Position numbers and translations under genes: made by a program. 64,000 nt of DNA from NCBI GenBank assembly GCA_918797485.1, contig CAKKNE010000005.1, positions 2,232,001 to 2,296,000 of the forward strand. Reading direction: 5' to 3'. This DNA comes from Pelagomonas calceolata. Taxonomy: Eukaryota. The notes under the pieces are model-generated. The model saw nothing but the letters and a program-made list of their open reading frames with translations, ran no database searches and was not told where the DNA came from. How positions within the stretch are numbered: the stretch's first letter is position 1; the number at the start of each line of letters is the position of its first letter. Shown here piece by piece: positions 9,713 through 20,553 of the stretch.

Positions 9713-11419
9713 ATGGCCGACGTGATCGACGTCGACGAGGCCGAAGCCACCGACATCAGCACGCCCGTGCTCGAGGCGCCCGGGCTCCGCCGCCGCCGCC
9801 GCGCCACGGCGCCGGCAGCTTGGTCTTCCTTCGTGGCCGCCGAGCGCGCCAACGACGCGCGCGAGGAGCGCGACGCCGCCGCGGTCGAGCTCAACGCCCA
9901 TGCCGATGCATTCGAAGAAAGAGGCAGCGACGCCGAGGTGGGACACCCGGAGCACGACGAACTCGGGTTGCCCGGCGGCGACGGCGTACCCTTCCCGGTT
10001 TTCGGGCCGGGACCGCCCCCTGTAGATATTCCCGCCGACGAGGGCCTCGACTGGCAAGTCGACAAGGTCGCCAAGCGCACGGGCACCAATTTCGCCGTCG
10101 GCCTCTTCGCCGGCGTCCACCTCGCGCCCGGCGGGCTCCAGCACACGCGGCCGACCTTCGAAGTGCTAGATACCGCGAAACGAGTCAAAGACGATTATAG
10201 CGGACTCAGAGCGCTCGGCTTTGCGACGTCGGCCGGCGTGCTGCTCGGCGCGGCGTTCGACCGCCTTTGGGGATTAGTAGGGTGGCTGCTCGTCCACTTC
10301 CTCACGCCGCGGCGCTTTTTGCAAGCTTTTGCGATCGCGTGGTGCTACTCCCTGCGCGCCTTCGGGACGACGCGCCGCTTCGCGGTCTGGAACGCCGTGT
10401 CGTCGCTGTGCATCTGCTGCGACGCCCCTCTTGGTTTACGCGTCGCGGCCCTTCTGTATGAGGCCCGCTACTTGGTAACGCCCTACCTCTTCGGCGAAAC
10501 AGATCTCGCGACTGCCTGGGTCACGGAGAGCTACTGGGGCCTTGGCATCAGCTTGATCATAATCATGGCCTCCGCAGCAGACATCTGGAGAGAGTCCCTG
10601 GTGCGCTGGGCGACGGGCGGGCGCGACCCCATGATGCTGCTTATGAACAACATCTCGCCGACGTTTCCAGTCCTGTGCATAATGACGTTCGTCACGGTCG
10701 CGACGACGCTCGTGCCCGCCAATCCACCGTTGATATGCCTCCTCTGTACGCTCGGCCCGTCGTGGCTCGCGTCGCGCGCGTCGCCGTGGATCGGGCTCGC
10801 CGTGCACCTATTACTACGAACAACGGAGCTCATCGGCACGTGCCCGTGGCTCCTGACGAGGAGCCGTCCGCTGGAGCTGTACTGGGGCGATAACCCGGGC
10901 CTGCTCTGGTGGATCTACGGCCCAAGAGTGCGCAGCGCCTGGGCGAACCGCACGGACCACCTGGGCCTTCGCTTCGAGTCGCCGTCTGTGTGGAAATCAG
11001 TTACGGGGACGTCGCGTCGATGGCGTGGGGCGTCCGACATTTGATTTCCACACAGGTCGCCGGCGAAGCGGCGCGAGCGGCTGGCCTTCTGGAAGCGCTA
11101 CAAGCGCGCCGTGCGCCTCGAGCACGGCAAGAGCCTGAAGCGGCAACATCGCGCCACGGTCGAGGCCATGATCCACGACGAGGGGCTGCTGGAAGAACTG
11201 CCCGACGACGTGACTGGTTGTATCCTCGAGTATTTATATAAGCCGACGGCGGCGGACAAGCGCGACGAACGGTCCTACAAGCAATTCCGCCGCCGGCCCA
11301 GAAACAGCATGACGATGGACCCGTTCGAGGCGTTCGAGGGCGGCCCCGCCATGGGGCTGAACTTCATGGCTGCCATGATGCTGCCCATGTTCATGAACCC
11401 GGGGCGGCTAGGAATGTAA
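9713..11419 (+). CDS. Multi-pass membrane protein of unknown function, 2 exons (9713-10977, 11056-11419)
   Basis: Several hydrophobic segments. Removing intron 10978-11055 gives the continuous frame RFESPAKRRERLAFWKRYKRAVRLEHG (542 aa). Confidence 0.7.
10978..11063 (+). mobile_element. Introner-type miniature DNA transposon (body 10986-11055) forming intron 10978-11055
   Basis: TIRs CTGTGTGGAAATCA / TGATTTCCACACAG; 8-bp TSD GTCGCCGT / GTCGCCGG; GT donor from the TSD and AG acceptor from the TIR. Confidence 0.9.
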
Positions 11420-11477
11420 AAGTGTTACCGTGACTTACTACTGTGCCAAGGGGCAGTCGTCCCCGTGCTCCGTGCCC

Positions 11478-11687
11478 TCGAGGACGCCGGCGTGGTGGAT
11501 CAAGAGCCCGGCGCGGCGGTGCCGCCGGGAGACGCCCAAGACATAGCCCGTCGAGTTCTCGACGAGGCGACCACACGCCGTCGGCGGTCGCTTCGTGCGG
11601 CCGCCGGCGGCGCCAAGACCCGGCCGGCGTCGAGGACGCCGGCGTGGTGGATTAAGAGCCCGGCGCGGCGGTGCCGCCGGGAGACGC
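11478..11687 (+). repeat. 58-bp direct repeat (11478-11535 and 11630-11687, 1 mismatch)
   Basis: TCGAGGACGCCGGCGTGGTGGAT(C/T)AAGAGCCCGGCGCGGCGGTGCCGCCGGGAGACGC occurs twice. Confidence 0.85.
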
Positions 11688-11839
11688 TGACAACGGTCCC
11701 GTCCCGGAGTCCGGAAGGGCGCGCGAACCGTCACCGCGCTCGCCGTGGTGCTACATATCCCTCTCATCCCGCGGCGTTCGGGTGAATCGCTGCTCCCCCC
11801 CCCTGACTGTAACAAAAAAAAATCCATAGTCGTCCACAA

Positions 11840-12110
11840 TTAGTTCCTAGGCGGCCACTCGTCCACCAGCACGCACCCCCGCTGGACGACGACGCCGCGG
11901 CGCCGGCAGGCCGCGAGGACGGCCTCCCCGTCGGCGCCCGGCTGCGCGAAGACGAAGCGGACGCCCCGGTCGGCCAGGACGTCGACCTGGCGCGCGCCGA
12001 TGCGGGGCGACACGCACACGTCGACGGCGTCGAGGGCACCGCGCAGGGCGCGAACGTCGCGCCCCTGGTACCAAGCAGGGGGCAGCCTCCGATCCAACGA
12101 CGTGGACGCC
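11840..12110 (-). pseudogene. C-terminal part of a CoA-binding (YccU-like) protein; no ATG start seen
   Basis: VDVCVSP...GVRFVFAQPGADGEAVLAACRRRGVVVQRGCVLV resembles the CoA_binding_2 C-terminus. Confidence 0.5.
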
Positions 12111-12977
12111 TGATTGCACGAAGGCGACGAGTTCGAGTGCTTTGGCGTCTCTGCGCGATTTCTCGAACGCCGCGCGCCGCCGTCGACGCCGCGCTCCGAT
12201 GCGCCCAGTGGAGGTGATTTGCCCTGCAAGCTGCGGTTAGGCGTGGACGAAGCCAGTGCGCGCGCGCGTATCAACGCGAGAGATTGTCCTCGTGGTCTTG
12301 TGTGGGCCTGGACCACGCGCAGTCGCTGGGCGACGCTGCCCTTTTGAGAGCATCTCCCTGGCAAAACCGGAGATGCTAGTGGCTGCTAGCGCCCGCTCTG
12401 CAGCGCTAGAGGTTCAAAGAGTACCACTACCACGAGCCTGGCGCGGCCCACGCTCGCGATGGCGACGTGGGGCAACCGAGTTTGAGGTTCGGGTTGCGCA
12501 AACACGAGCTGGACTCCGACCTGCAAGCACGTCAAAAAACCAGTTCAATTGCCGCACCAGCGGCGGAGAACGACTACTCAGAAGAACGCCATGGCTGCCA
12601 TAATAATGCTAGCGTTCTTGTACTCTAGGCTTATGGCCTTCCGCGATTGTGAAATCGCGAACGCGTCATCGGTCGCAGCAGCGCCCTTTGACAAGCACCC
12701 GCCGACGAGTGCTGGAGCGCCGCGCTGCTCGACGACCAAAAAGCGGCGCCGACACTTCAACTCGCGCGGCCTGATCCAGGGACTGCCGCGGCGCGCCGCC
12801 GAGCTAGATCGAGCCCGCGCGACGCGGTGTCCTCGAAGCTGCCTTTTTCATTGATGTTGTACGCCGTCGACGCGTCTCTCATCGGTCGGTCCCTCCGCAG
12901 GCGCGAGCCGTCGTCCAAGCCCTCCTACTTCATCGGCGCGTCGCGCCCGGCAACGACGTGTTGGTACGTGCAGAAGT

Positions 12978-15900
12978 ATGCCTAGGCTTTTTGTAGCGTG
13001 CCCCTGCCGCGGTACGCCGAATAAATGCCAGCTGAAGGTTAGGACGCGCAATGCGTTGACGAATAGAAAATTACACCCCAATTGCCCGAACATTGGTGCA
13101 CAGGGCCTCGAAAATCGAGACACATTTTCGGCCTCGACCGTGGAAGTTGGTTGGGGTCGTATGAATAGTCTTAAGACCGCGCGACGCGACAAGCACGAAG
13201 ACGACGGCTTCTCGCGGCGCCACGCCGAGGGCGGGGCAGGCGGAGGCGGCAAGAGATACGGCCTGAAAGACATCGACGACGATTTGAGAGAGCGGGTCCA
13301 CGCGAAATCTATCACGCTCTGCGACGATTTTGGTATCTCGCCACGCGCTTATCGACTTTTTGGCGAACTCGGAGGCGCGGCGCGGGTCGCGCAGTCGGTC
13401 CTCGGCCCGGCCGGGAGCCCTCATTTACAGGACTGCCAGAACACGGTGATTCGGTTCTGCAGCTTGTTCATTACGCAGGAGGAGTTCGGCGTTTATGACG
13501 TGGAGCGGTTGTGGACAGGGCTCTACGATAGAAGTTTAGTAGATGACGGTAGAATGGGCGAGGCCGACGCCTTGAGGACGTGGGACACGTGCGTCTCCGT
13601 CGGTAAGATGCTGGAGGGTGTCACGCTACGGCACGTCGGCGAGACGAGCCAAAACGTGCGCTGGGAGCGGGACGCGGACGACGTCAGGCGCCTGGTCGGC
13701 GAGGCGGTGCCCCTCCCCAATCAGAAGGATTTCCTTGAGGAGGTTCACCGGATGGGCGTGAGGTTCGTAGCGAAACAGCACGGGCCCGAGGGGAAGATGA
13801 TCGAGTTCCTCGTGGGTCAGCTCTTCGAGGGCGTGCTTGACATCTGGGACTTCTTCAAGATTTTATTTAGGACCACTGGACGAGGAGAGATGACGGACTT
13901 TGGCTGCCCGACGAGTGCGCCGTGCATCGTGATGTTGATTTTAGGAGTGGGCTTCCCCCACAGAGCGCGCGGTGACGCCGACCTGGAGCACCGCATCCTG
14001 CAGAAGATCGTCCCGCTGCTTACCTGCGTCCTCGCGTTGGACCCGCGGTTCGCCCAGCGGCTCGCCGACGTCTGCGGGCAGCTGCCGAAGGCCGTGCTCG
14101 ACGCCGCGGCGCCGGAGCCCTTGAAGACGCTCCGCGCCGCCGTCTCGAATCCGCGGGGGGCCGACCTCACGGTCCTGCGGCGCATCGTGGGGCGGATCCC
14201 AGACGTGGCGCCGGCGTCGCGCACGGCGCCGGGCGGTGTTGCTCGGGGCGCGCCGCCGGCGCGGCGCCAGGGCACCCCGCGGCCGCGGACCATGCCGATC
14301 CAGACGACGGCGCAGCTCCGCCAGGGGGGCTACCTCGCCGCATTGGTCCAGCCGCCGCCGCGCGTGTTTGACCCCAACTGGCCGACGAAGGCCCGGTCAG
14401 TATTAGGAAAGATCCGCGGGATGGGGAATGTTGGGCGGGGCCGGGGCAGCCTGAACCTGGAGGACGTGCGGCTGATGCTCGAGCGGTACGGGTTCAGCGG
14501 GCCGCCGGGGTCGTGGAACAACATAACTCGCGGCATCTGCGCGCCAGGGAACTGGCCGAGGACTTCAAAGATGAGACGTGTGACAGAGCTCGTGAAGTAC
14601 CTCGAGGGCGCCCTCGCGAAATTGCCAGCTTCCGAGGAGACGGACGTCGCGGCGCGCGTCGTGGATCCTGAGTGGTGTAGGGACGTGCTGGACGGCCGCG
14701 GCGACGGCCTCCTCGTCGTCGGCGGGACCTTTCTATTCAAGGGCCGCCAGCATTGTATCCGCTACGTGAGATCCTGGGGCGGCACAATATACGTGCAGCA
14801 CTACGGTGTCGACGATGAAGTTCCGTTGCTGCTAGCGACGCCGCTGACAGAGCTCGAGGCCATCATGTCCAACGAGCCGGTTTCGGCGCTGGCGTCTCGC
14901 GCCACGCCATCGCCGCCCTCGGAGGTCGACGTCAACGCCGAGGTCTCGGCCCTGTCTACGCGCGCCACGCCGCAACCGGCGTCGCTCGCGCGCACTGCGC
15001 CGGCGCCGCCGCAGCCGCGCGCCGAGCCGCCGCCGGCATCACGCTTTGGCTACGGAGCCAACTTAGAGCTCCCGGCCCCGTCTATGCAATTTGCGGCGCC
15101 GGTGTTGGCGCCGACTCTAGACCGACCCTTCGACGTGGGATGCCGCATCCGGTTGGGAGGCTTCCTTAAGAAGACCCACTGGAACGGTCAGTACGGGATC
15201 ATCGCGGCGACGCCGCAGGACGTCGCTGCGGATAGTCGAGTGTACGTCGACCTGGGCGACGATAGGACGCTTAGTTTCCGTGTCGAAAGAGTAGAAGCTT
15301 GTCCTATCTTCGGTGAAGGAGCCGAGGTTGAGCTCTGCTGCCCCTCCGGCGCCCAAAGCGAGCACAACGATCGGCGCGGGGTTGTGGTGGGCTTCGAGAC
15401 AAGCGGTTTATTGAAAGTAAACCTGGTAGGCGGCAGATCGGTCTTCGCCCGGTCCGTCAACTTACGATCTATTCCTAGAAATCGGCCGCGCCGCCCCATC
15501 AATACGTCAGGGACCTTAGCCTCTCCATCACAAGCGCCGACGAAGAAGTCCAACAACGACGGCGCGGCGGTCCCGACGAAGTATAAGCCCTTGTCTCCCT
15601 ACTCGCCCACCGAAGAAGGTTCTGGCGCGATTGAACAAGCGGGGTGCGACACGGCCAGTTTATTGTTAGGCGACGCGGGCGGCGAAGAGAAGCGTAACGG
15701 GCCGTCGGACGACATCTCTTTGGAATCTGGCGGCGCGGGCGGCGCCTCTCCTTCATTAGTAGATAACCGCGGTGCGGCTTCAAATGCGGCTTTGGATGAG
15801 GACGGCGCGAGTGAGTCGTCTGTAGGCGACGACCGGCAGCTGCCGGGCGAGTCCGCGCGGGACCATCGCAAACGCATGCGCAAGCTCAAGAAAGATCGCG

Positions 15901-16055
15901 AGAAACGCGATACCTACAAAAAGACCGCGAGGTACCTGTGCTCCTCCGTGCTCGGAGACCGATCGTTTGAAACGGTGCTCGCGGCGGTCGAAGCGGTCCA
16001 AGGCGACGCCGACGCGGCCGTGAACAACTTGATGGGAGACGACCTCGGCGCCTAG
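12978..16055 (+). CDS. Large hypothetical protein with two KOW/SH3-like repeats and a C-terminal CUE/UBA-like segment
   Basis: 1025-aa ORF; GCRIRLGGFLKKTHWNGQYGII and GAEVEL...HNDRRGVVVGF; FETVLAAVEAVQGDADAAVNNLM. Confidence 0.6.
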   Translation: MPRLFVACPCRGTPNKCQLKVRTRNALTNRKLHPNCPNIGAQGLENRDTFSASTVEVGWGRMNSLKTARRDKHEDDGFSRRHAEGGAGGGGKRYGLKDIDDDLRERVHAKSITLCDDFGISPRAYRLFGELGGAARVAQSVLGPAGSPHLQDCQNTVIRFCSLFITQEEFGVYDVERLWTGLYDRSLVDDGRMGEADALRTWDTCVSVGKMLEGVTLRHVGETSQNVRWERDADDVRRLVGEAVPLPNQKDFLEEVHRMGVRFVAKQHGPEGKMIEFLVGQLFEGVLDIWDFFKILFRTTGRGEMTDFGCPTSAPCIVMLILGVGFPHRARGDADLEHRILQKIVPLLTCVLALDPRFAQRLADVCGQLPKAVLDAAAPEPLKTLRAAVSNPRGADLTVLRRIVGRIPDVAPASRTAPGGVARGAPPARRQGTPRPRTMPIQTTAQLRQGGYLAALVQPPPRVFDPNWPTKARSVLGKIRGMGNVGRGRGSLNLEDVRLMLERYGFSGPPGSWNNITRGICAPGNWPRTSKMRRVTELVKYLEGALAKLPASEETDVAARVVDPEWCRDVLDGRGDGLLVVGGTFLFKGRQHCIRYVRSWGGTIYVQHYGVDDEVPLLLATPLTELEAIMSNEPVSALASRATPSPPSEVDVNAEVSALSTRATPQPASLARTAPAPPQPRAEPPPASRFGYGANLELPAPSMQFAAPVLAPTLDRPFDVGCRIRLGGFLKKTHWNGQYGIIAATPQDVAADSRVYVDLGDDRTLSFRVERVEACPIFGEGAEVELCCPSGAQSEHNDRRGVVVGFETSGLLKVNLVGGRSVFARSVNLRSIPRNRPRRPINTSGTLASPSQAPTKKSNNDGAAVPTKYKPLSPYSPTEEGSGAIEQAGCDTASLLLGDAGGEEKRNGPSDDISLESGGAGGASPSLVDNRGAASNAALDEDGASESSVGDDRQLPGESARDHRKRMRKLKKDREKRDTYKKTARYLCSSVLGDRSFETVLAAVEAVQGDADAAVNNLMGDDLGA

Positions 16056-16802
16056 CTCTGGTCGTGATTCGGGCGACGAATTGACGACCTCATCTTACCC
16101 CTTCCCCTTTCCCCTCCCCACTCGCACGCACGGAGCCGACCTTGGTTCACTCCTCTCCTTCGGACTCCTGTGTAATGGCGTGTTGATATACATTACTCAT
16201 ATGGTCCTGACTGAGGACGCCGCGCGGCGGTTGACTCATGTGCAACCGAAGAGGCACCTGAAGGCGCTGCTGGCGACGCAGGTGCTGTCGACCGTGACGC
16301 ACGACGTCGACATCCGGAGGGACGTGGAGTGCCGGCTCGTCGAGGCGCTCGAGATCGTCGCCGCGGACGCCTAGGAAGGGTTGTTCTCCAAGCGTAAGCT
16401 CTCAAACCAAACTGATTACTCATTAGGGAACTTCGCATATCTATGTAATCATTGTTGGAGGCTTGGAGCGGCTCCATCCCATTCTCACGTGGCGCAGAAA
16501 GCTTAGTTTGCACGTTATCCGAGTTCGAACATATCCTCTATGACCTCAAAGGGCTTCTATGATGTCAAAACAATCAGCGGGGACCATATCTTGAAAATGG
16601 TATTAGGGCAACCTCGGGTACCATCCAGGTATATTCCTTTTCTTTTTGCCTCTTTTTGACTCATCACTTGGCAGGCTAGTACAAAGGGGCAATGTAACGA
16701 CAATAAGGTGAGATATACCCCATGAATGAATGAAGCTGGGCGTCTAATGCGTGGTGAAGACCCGCGGCGGCCGGCGGGCATCTCTGTCGGGGGACTCCGC
16801 AC

Positions 16803-16973
16803 AGCGCCACGCTCGGCGATGTGCGCGAGGCCGTGACAACGCTCGAGGAGACGAGACGGATCGCGCGGCGCGTATTCGGCAGCACGCACCCACACCTACA
16901 TTTTATTGAGCGCTACTTGCGAAACGCGCGGGCCGCGCTCCGCGCCCGCGAGACGCCGTCGACGAGTAATTAG
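16803..16973 (+). pseudogene. 3' fragment of the MYND-RINGv-TPR family
   Basis: Translates as SATLGDVREAVTTLEETRRIARRVFGSTHPHLHFIERYLRNARAALRARETPSTSN*, homologous to the end of 2441-2851 and to 30893-31222. Confidence 0.8.
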
Positions 16974-18245
16974 TCACAAATTACTCCTCGCCTCGACACA
17001 CGCCCCCTTGATCCGCTCGAGCCCCTCGTCGAGCACGGCGCGCGAGCAGCAGAAGTTGAGGCGCACGAAGCCCCGCGCGCCGAACGCCGCGCCGTCGGTC
17101 AGGTAGACGCCTCGCTGAGACAAGAAGAGGCCCGGCGACGCGCCCAATTTGCGCGCGTCCAGCCATAGTAAATAGGTGCTCTCGGCCGGCGCCGCGACCG
17201 TGAGAAGGTCGCCGCACTCGCGCTCCAAAAAAGCGACGGCCGTGTCGCGGTTCGCCCTTAAATGGTCGACCATGGCGCGGCGCCAGGCCTCGCAGGCGCC
17301 GCGCGGGGGCGTCAGCACACACGGCCCGCCACCGTCGGCGTCGAGGATCGCCCCTAATGCTTCAAGACCGGCGTGCGACGGCTCGGCCTGGTCGCGGCCC
17401 GCGCGGAAGTAGCGCCTCCTTAGCACATCGTCCTCGACGACGGCGAAGGCCACGTCCAAACCCGCCACGTTGTACGTTTTTGAGGCGGACGTGATCGAGA
17501 TTAACCTGACGTCTGTGTCGAGCAACCCCGCGGGCGTGAAGGGCACGTCGTCCAAAATCAAACCGCTCCAGACCTCGTCCGACGCCAGGATCACATTACG
17601 GGAAGCGCATTCTCGGGCCACGGCCTCCATCTCATGCCGACGCCACACTCTTCCAGTAGGGTTGTGCGGGTTGCACCAGAGCAGGACCACGTCCTCGCCA
17701 TCAGCTGTGGCGACGGCTTTATCAAGCGTCTCTCTCAGTAACGACTCGTCGAGGGGCCCTCCTTCATTACCGAGGTCCAATTCAATACACTGCGAGGCGT
17801 CCTTCGCCGCGTTCAGGAACGGCGGGTAGACCGGCGTCGGCACCACGACGCATCCTTTGGGTCCGGCGAGGCGCGCGCAGTGGTAGAGCGCCGGGATGAG
17901 CCCCGGGTGCCAGCGCACCCAATCAGTAGAGACGGGCCGGCCCCAACTGCGACCCATGCCTGCTGTCACAGCTTGTAGTAGAGACGCACTGGGATCGACG
18001 TAGCCGTAGATGCCAGCTTTCGACGCCGCGGCGACGGCTTCGCGCACGGGCAACGGCGCGAGCGCGTCGCCGTCGGCGACCCAGAGCGGTATCAAGTTTT
18101 CGTCGAAGCGGCCCCACTTCCGCGACGCGTGCTTGCGGCGGTGCTCGGGGCTGGCCCACTCCAATGCGGCACTCGAGGCGGCGCGGAGGCGCGTCCGCGT
18201 CGCGTGGCGCACGCCGACCAATGCTAACGCTAGTGGACCGCGCAT
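16974..18245 (-). CDS. PLP-dependent class I/II aminotransferase, PatB/MalY (cystathionine beta-lyase) type
   Basis: PLWVAD, GIYGY, PVYPPF, CNPHNPTGRVW, SDEVW, SASKTYNVAG, TYLLWLD, GFVRLNF. Confidence 0.9.
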   Translation of the reverse strand: MRGPLALALVGVRHATRTRLRAASSAALEWASPEHRRKHASRKWGRFDENLIPLWVADGDALAPLPVREAVAAASKAGIYGYVDPSASLLQAVTAGMGRSWGRPVSTDWVRWHPGLIPALYHCARLAGPKGCVVVPTPVYPPFLNAAKDASQCIELDLGNEGGPLDESLLRETLDKAVATADGEDVVLLWCNPHNPTGRVWRRHEMEAVARECASRNVILASDEVWSGLILDDVPFTPAGLLDTDVRLISITSASKTYNVAGLDVAFAVVEDDVLRRRYFRAGRDQAEPSHAGLEALGAILDADGGGPCVLTPPRGACEAWRRAMVDHLRANRDTAVAFLERECGDLLTVAAPAESTYLLWLDARKLGASPGLFLSQRGVYLTDGAAFGARGFVRLNFCCSRAVLDEGLERIKGACVEARSNL

Positions 18246-18504
18246 CGTCGGCTGGCGTTCTGCGCCCGTTAAACTTCCCGGAGCGGTGCGTGTGTTGTTT
18301 TACACGAAAGGTTTGAGCGCGCGCTCGGCTGGCGTTAAGTGCAGTGCTGCACCAGCTGGCAGTCAAGCTGCACGAGCTGTAAACGATCGTTTTTCGCAGC
18401 AGCAGTTGATGGCGTGTTGTGGTCACCGCGTCGAGGGCACGTGCACCAATGCCACACGTACTAGGAGTGCAGCGCGCCGTTCCACGGCCCTGCACTGCGA
18501 TTAT

Positions 18505-18527
18505 CTAGCGGCATGTAAGGCACTAGC
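18505..18527 (+). promoter_or_regulatory. Recurrent intergenic motif, copy 1
   Basis: CTAGCGGCATGTAAGGCACTAGC, upstream of the PatB-like gene. Confidence 0.6.
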
Positions 18528-18609
18528 ACCCGGCACTTTTCGCCCGCCCACTAGCCTTGGCACGGCAACAGAATACCGGTCCCACGCCGCCGACGCGCCG
18601 GGGAAGCTA

Positions 18610-19887
18610 CTACTCCTTACTCGCCGGCGGCTTCGGCGGCCGCGCCGGCCCGAACACCACTCCCTCCGCGTTGTCCTTCAGCTTCTCGCGCCAGTCCGAG
18701 GGCTCCTTCCCCGTCTTCTTCCGCAAGAAAGATCCTAAAGGGTCCTCGTCCGCCATCATGTCCTTGAATCCAATAGCCTCCTCGAATTTTTTGGTGCACT
18801 TGAGCTTGACGACGTATGGTACTTCATCCTTGAACGACGCGAGCTCCAGCGGACATCCTTCGGGTATCAATTCTTCGACGTCTTCTGGGGAAGACGGCAA
18901 CCCGCGCGGCTGCAAGACCGGGTCCTTCACCCTAAGTTCGTCGGCGTGTTTCCGACCCTGGGCTTGTGCGATGATCACGGCGCCGCCGCCCCTTAGTAAT
19001 CTCGAAGCCGCTTGCAAAGCCTTCAAAGGAGAAAAGACGTGTTGTAAGCAAGCATGGAACACAACAACGTCGAACGTGACGCCCTCGCCAATTCTCGAGG
19101 GATGTGGATAATCTCCCACGTCGCCGCACTCGTATTTCACATTTGCAGGTTTATTCTGGTTGCAGTATTCGATGGTCCTCGGCGAGATGTCGACGGCGAT
19201 GACCTCCACCTTCCTTTTTTCTGTACTGAGAGCAGCTATTTTCTTCGTGAGGTGGCCGGCGCCGCACCCCGCATCAAACACCCGTAGAGCAAACCCATCA
19301 TCAGCTCTATTCTGGGCGGCCCTTTCCACAATGCGCTCCGCTAGTCGATCAAGGGTCTCGGCGACGTCCGGCCGCAGCTCGCACTGGGGCCTACTATATA
19401 ACGTACTGGCCGCGTCGTAGCACTCGACCTGGTGCCTATTGTGTCGCGCCGACGGCGTGTGCTTCAGGGCCTCCTCCATTTGTTGCACGTTGGCGTAGGA
19501 GCGCTTCGCCACTTTTCCGTGGGACGGTGATTTGCCGGGCTTCAGTAGTACTTCATCAGAAGGCCGCAGGACGTCTCGGATGACGTCGTCGGTGCCGAGC
19601 GGCTGGCCGTTCACCTGGAGATGCCAGCTCTCGGCTGACAATGCCGGTAGTTGCGAATGCTTGGCGTTCCAGGTGTCGACCGCGAAGTGCAAAAGCTTAC
19701 TAACAGGTCCGGGCTTCCACTTCTTGGGAATCGTCAATTTCACGCACATGTGCCAGGATTCATCAGAACCATCATTCATGCGCAGGGTCACTTTGAGTTT
19801 ACCGGTGTCGGCGTAGGCTTCGGACACGCTGCCCTTGATGTCCTTGGGCGCCTTGACGTCGGGCAGCCCCATCGTGTATGGTCGCAC
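18610..19887 (-). CDS. Class I SAM-dependent methyltransferase with a possible ubiquitin-like N-terminal domain
   Basis: VFDAGCGAGHLT, VIAVDISP, FDVVVFHACLQH, LLRGGG. Confidence 0.8.
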   Translation of the reverse strand: MRPYTMGLPDVKAPKDIKGSVSEAYADTGKLKVTLRMNDGSDESWHMCVKLTIPKKWKPGPVSKLLHFAVDTWNAKHSQLPALSAESWHLQVNGQPLGTDDVIRDVLRPSDEVLLKPGKSPSHGKVAKRSYANVQQMEEALKHTPSARHNRHQVECYDAASTLYSRPQCELRPDVAETLDRLAERIVERAAQNRADDGFALRVFDAGCGAGHLTKKIAALSTEKRKVEVIAVDISPRTIEYCNQNKPANVKYECGDVGDYPHPSRIGEGVTFDVVVFHACLQHVFSPLKALQAASRLLRGGGAVIIAQAQGRKHADELRVKDPVLQPRGLPSSPEDVEELIPEGCPLELASFKDEVPYVVKLKCTKKFEEAIGFKDMMADEDPLGSFLRKKTGKEPSDWREKLKDNAEGVVFGPARPPKPPASKE

Positions 19888-19975
19888 CGGTGCGCTGCTC
19901 AGTCGGCTGGTGCTCTATGGAGCTTCTGCCTGCCGTATCCAGCGTCGCAGCGCCGAGTTCGAAGGCTGCCCGCTT

Positions 19976-19998
19976 GCTAGTGCGTTACAGGACGCTAG
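19976..19998 (-). promoter_or_regulatory. Recurrent intergenic motif, copy 2
   Basis: Reverse complement CTAGCGTCCTGTAACGCACTAGC, between divergent genes. Confidence 0.55.
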
Positions 19999-20124
19999 CG
20001 CGATTAATAAGGGCGTAGCAGCCGAGTAGACGGCAGTCCTGCAGCAGAGTGAGCCTGTCGAACTGGAAAGGGGTGCCGACGGCCACGGTCAAAAGCCTCA
20101 AGCTCGCGCTGCAGACGACGACTC

Positions 20125-20319
20125 ATGGTGGATTGCAAGGACATAGCTGAGACCTTGCTCGACTGCCTGCGCGAGACGGAGTGCATGAAGAGCGGCAAAG
20201 GAGCCAAGGAGTGCATGAAGCTGACCGACGAGTGCCGCGTCTACCGCAACACGTACTTCGAGTGCAAGCGCTCGCAGCTCGACATGCGCACGCGCATCCG
20301 GGGCATGAAGCAGCACTGA
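20125..20319 (+). CDS. COA5: Cytochrome c oxidase assembly factor 5 (Pet191)
   Basis: Twin Cx9C pattern and the C-terminal FECKRSQLDMRTRIRG signature. Confidence 0.85.
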   Translation: MVDCKDIAETLLDCLRETECMKSGKGAKECMKLTDECRVYRNTYFECKRSQLDMRTRIRGMKQH

Positions 20320-20553
20320 ACTGAGGCGCGCGCCGGCGTCAATGGTCAACAAATGACGCCGCGGCTCCGCGCCCAGGGGCCCATCACTATTGATGTGATG
20401 CACCAGGCGTGCGGTTCGTGGGTTCTCCACGCCGCGCGCCCGGCTCCAGCGGAGACGCGGCAATACCGACGGGGCGGCCCCATAGTGCCGCGCGACGCCT
20501 GGAACACGCCGCGTTGCCTCCTGGTCAGCCCACAGTCCTCGCACAGGCAGACC

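Noticed and set aside
12375..12390. GCTAGTGGCTGCTAGC as another motif copy
   Set aside because: It lacks the TAAGAC core and the spacing is too short.
16081..16374. Short ORF after the 1025-aa gene
   Set aside because: No recognisable domain and an uncertain start.
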